From Kofleriaceae bacterium (lineage in GTDB: Bacteria > Myxococcota_A > Polyangia > Haliangiales > Haliangiaceae): a DNA stretch of 11,259 nt. The position numbers were made by a program, and so were the translations under genes. Positions 10,057 through 11,259 of the stretch are shown one piece after another. A model generated the notes under the pieces. It was not told the DNA's origin, did no database searches, and was given only the letters and a program-made list of their open reading frames with translations. The DNA lies in the NCBI GenBank assembly GCA_046597055.1, contig JBKJLC010000255.1, forward strand, positions 1-11,259. The letters run 5' to 3'. The stretch's first letter is position 1, and each line of letters begins with the position of its first letter.

Positions 10057-10873
10057 CACCCGGCGGCGGCGCCGGACCGCGCAGGCGGCCATCGTACCGC
10101 ACCGCCACCAGCGTGAGGCCGTGAGCGGGCGCGGTCTGCCCGGCCCGGCGGCGGTCCCGAGACGCAATGATCTCCGCGATCTGCGCGGCGGCGAGGCGGC
10201 CTTCGCCCACGCCGAGCAGGGTCCCGACCAGGATCCGGACCATGTTGCGCAGGAAGGCATCGCCCTCGACGTCGATCGCCAGCACGTCGGGATCGCCCAT
10301 CCGGGGGCCGATCTCGACGCGGTGCAGGGTCCGGGTGGTGGTGCGCGCCGCGCAGCCGGTGGCCCGGAAGCCCGCGAAGTCGTGGCGCCCGATGAACCCG
10401 CGGGCGGCCTCGGCCATCGCCGCGTGATCGAGCGCCTCGGGCCGGTGCCAGGCCCAGCGTGCCCAGCGCGGCGATCGGTCGGCGCGGTTCACCACCAGGT
10501 ACTGGTAGTGCTTCCCGCTGGCGGAGAAGCGGGGATGGAAGTCGGCGGGCACCTCGGCGACGTCGGTGACCGCGATCGCCGGCGGCAACAGGCCGTTGAG
10601 GCCGCGGCGCAGGCCGTGGACCGGGATGGTCCGCACGGTCTGGAAGGTCGCGACCTGGCCGAGCGCGTGGACGCCGGCGTCGGTGCGCGACGCGCCGGTG
10701 ACCCGCACCTCGTGCTGCAGCATGGTCGCCAGCGCGCGCTCGAGATGCGCCTGCACGGTCGGCGCGTTGGGCTGGCGCTGCCACCCGCCCAGCTCGGTGC
10801 CGTCGTACTCGATCGTCAGCCGCAGCTGGCGGGTCGCGCCGGCTGCCGAGGGCTCACGATCGTCGTCGTCCAC
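10052..10873 (-). CDS. truA: tRNA pseudouridine(38-40) synthase, about 273 aa
   Basis: LTIEYDGTELGGWQRQ, TVQAHLE, catalytic GASRTDAGVHALGQV, FHPRFSA, GRHDFAGF, FLRNMVRILVG, TAPAHGLTL. GTG 10873 lies 5 nt after the upstream stop. Confidence 0.96.
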   Translation of the reverse strand: MDDDDREPSAAGATRQLRLTIEYDGTELGGWQRQPNAPTVQAHLERALATMLQHEVRVTGASRTDAGVHALGQVATFQTVRTIPVHGLRRGLNGLLPPAIAVTDVAEVPADFHPRFSASGKHYQYLVVNRADRSPRWARWAWHRPEALDHAAMAEAARGFIGRHDFAGFRATGCAARTTTRTLHRVEIGPRMGDPDVLAIDVEGDAFLRNMVRILVGTLLGVGEGRLAAAQIAEIIASRDRRRAGQTAPAHGLTLVAVRYDGRLRGPAPPPGV

Positions 10874-10878
10874 CGCGG

Positions 10879-11259
10879 TCAGAACTCGAAGTCGATGCCG
10901 CCCGACCAGGTGGTGTCGCCGAGCGACATCTTCTTCTCGCTGCCGAAGCCGTCGACCCACGCGGTCGAGACCTCCGCGAAGAAGCCGGCGTGCTCGATGC
11001 CGCTGTCGCGCATCGACCGTGCGCCGTCGGGATCGATCCGCTCGGCACGGAGCGAGAGCCCGGCGGCCGCGACCAGGCCCATCGAGGCCCCGCGGGCACG
11101 GTCACTCACGCAGCTCATCTCGTCCGTCTCGCAGACGTCCGACACCTTGCCGTCGGGGCGGGTGATCCACCAGACGTAGTAGCCGAGGCCGCCGCGCAGG
11201 TAGGGCACCACCGGCACGCCCCACTGATCGTCGAGCTGGGAGACGCGATAGATCGCGGT
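10879..11259 (-). CDS. Outer-membrane beta-barrel protein, C-terminal part (5' truncated); resembles the myxobacterial MXAN_2562-type barrels
   Basis: The frame is open to the window end (TAIYRVSQLDDQWGVPVVPYLRGGLGYYVWW...GLSLRAERIDPDGARSM...GIEHAGFFAE...TWSGGIDFEF*). Amphipathic strands and a C-terminal Phe beta-signal. The family resemblance is from recall, not from a search. Confidence 0.75.
   Translation of the reverse strand, partial: TAIYRVSQLDDQWGVPVVPYLRGGLGYYVWWITRPDGKVSDVCETDEMSCVSDRARGASMGLVAAAGLSLRAERIDPDGARSMRDSGIEHAGFFAEVSTAWVDGFGSEKKMSLGDTTWSGGIDFEF

Noticed and set aside
10017..10784. 256-aa N-terminal extension of the sigma ORF
   Set aside because: It overlaps truA in another frame and is low-complexity Arg-rich sequence.

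Overview
Very GC-rich bacterial DNA, most consistent with a myxobacterium (an inference from gene content and lipoprotein style). Left part: a type IIA topoisomerase pair on the minus strand in the unusual order A subunit then B subunit. It looks like topoisomerase IV (parC-parE), the genes overlap at TGATG, and parE runs off the window edge. Diverging from it are an M23 (MepM/YebA-like) peptidoglycan endopeptidase and a small Gly-rich membrane protein. Right part: a tightly packed minus-strand cluster of a partial outer-membrane beta-barrel, truA, an ECF sigma factor, a single-pass anti-sigma-like protein, a TPR-like lipoprotein, two paralogous lipoproteins sharing a 10-cysteine domain, and a FadL/OmpP1-like outer-membrane channel. 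The best candidate for an undescribed system is this ECF / anti-sigma / TPR lipoprotein / twin Cys-rich lipoprotein module. It is linked by stop/start overlaps and has a candidate ECF-type promoter overlapping the truA stop. Also notable are an exact beta-clamp-binding motif (QLDLF) in a predicted N-terminal extension of ParC and an 18-codon mini-ORF bridging the sigma and anti-sigma genes. No rRNA, tRNA, CRISPR array or mobile element was recognised. All family assignments come from motif recognition by eye, not from database searches.
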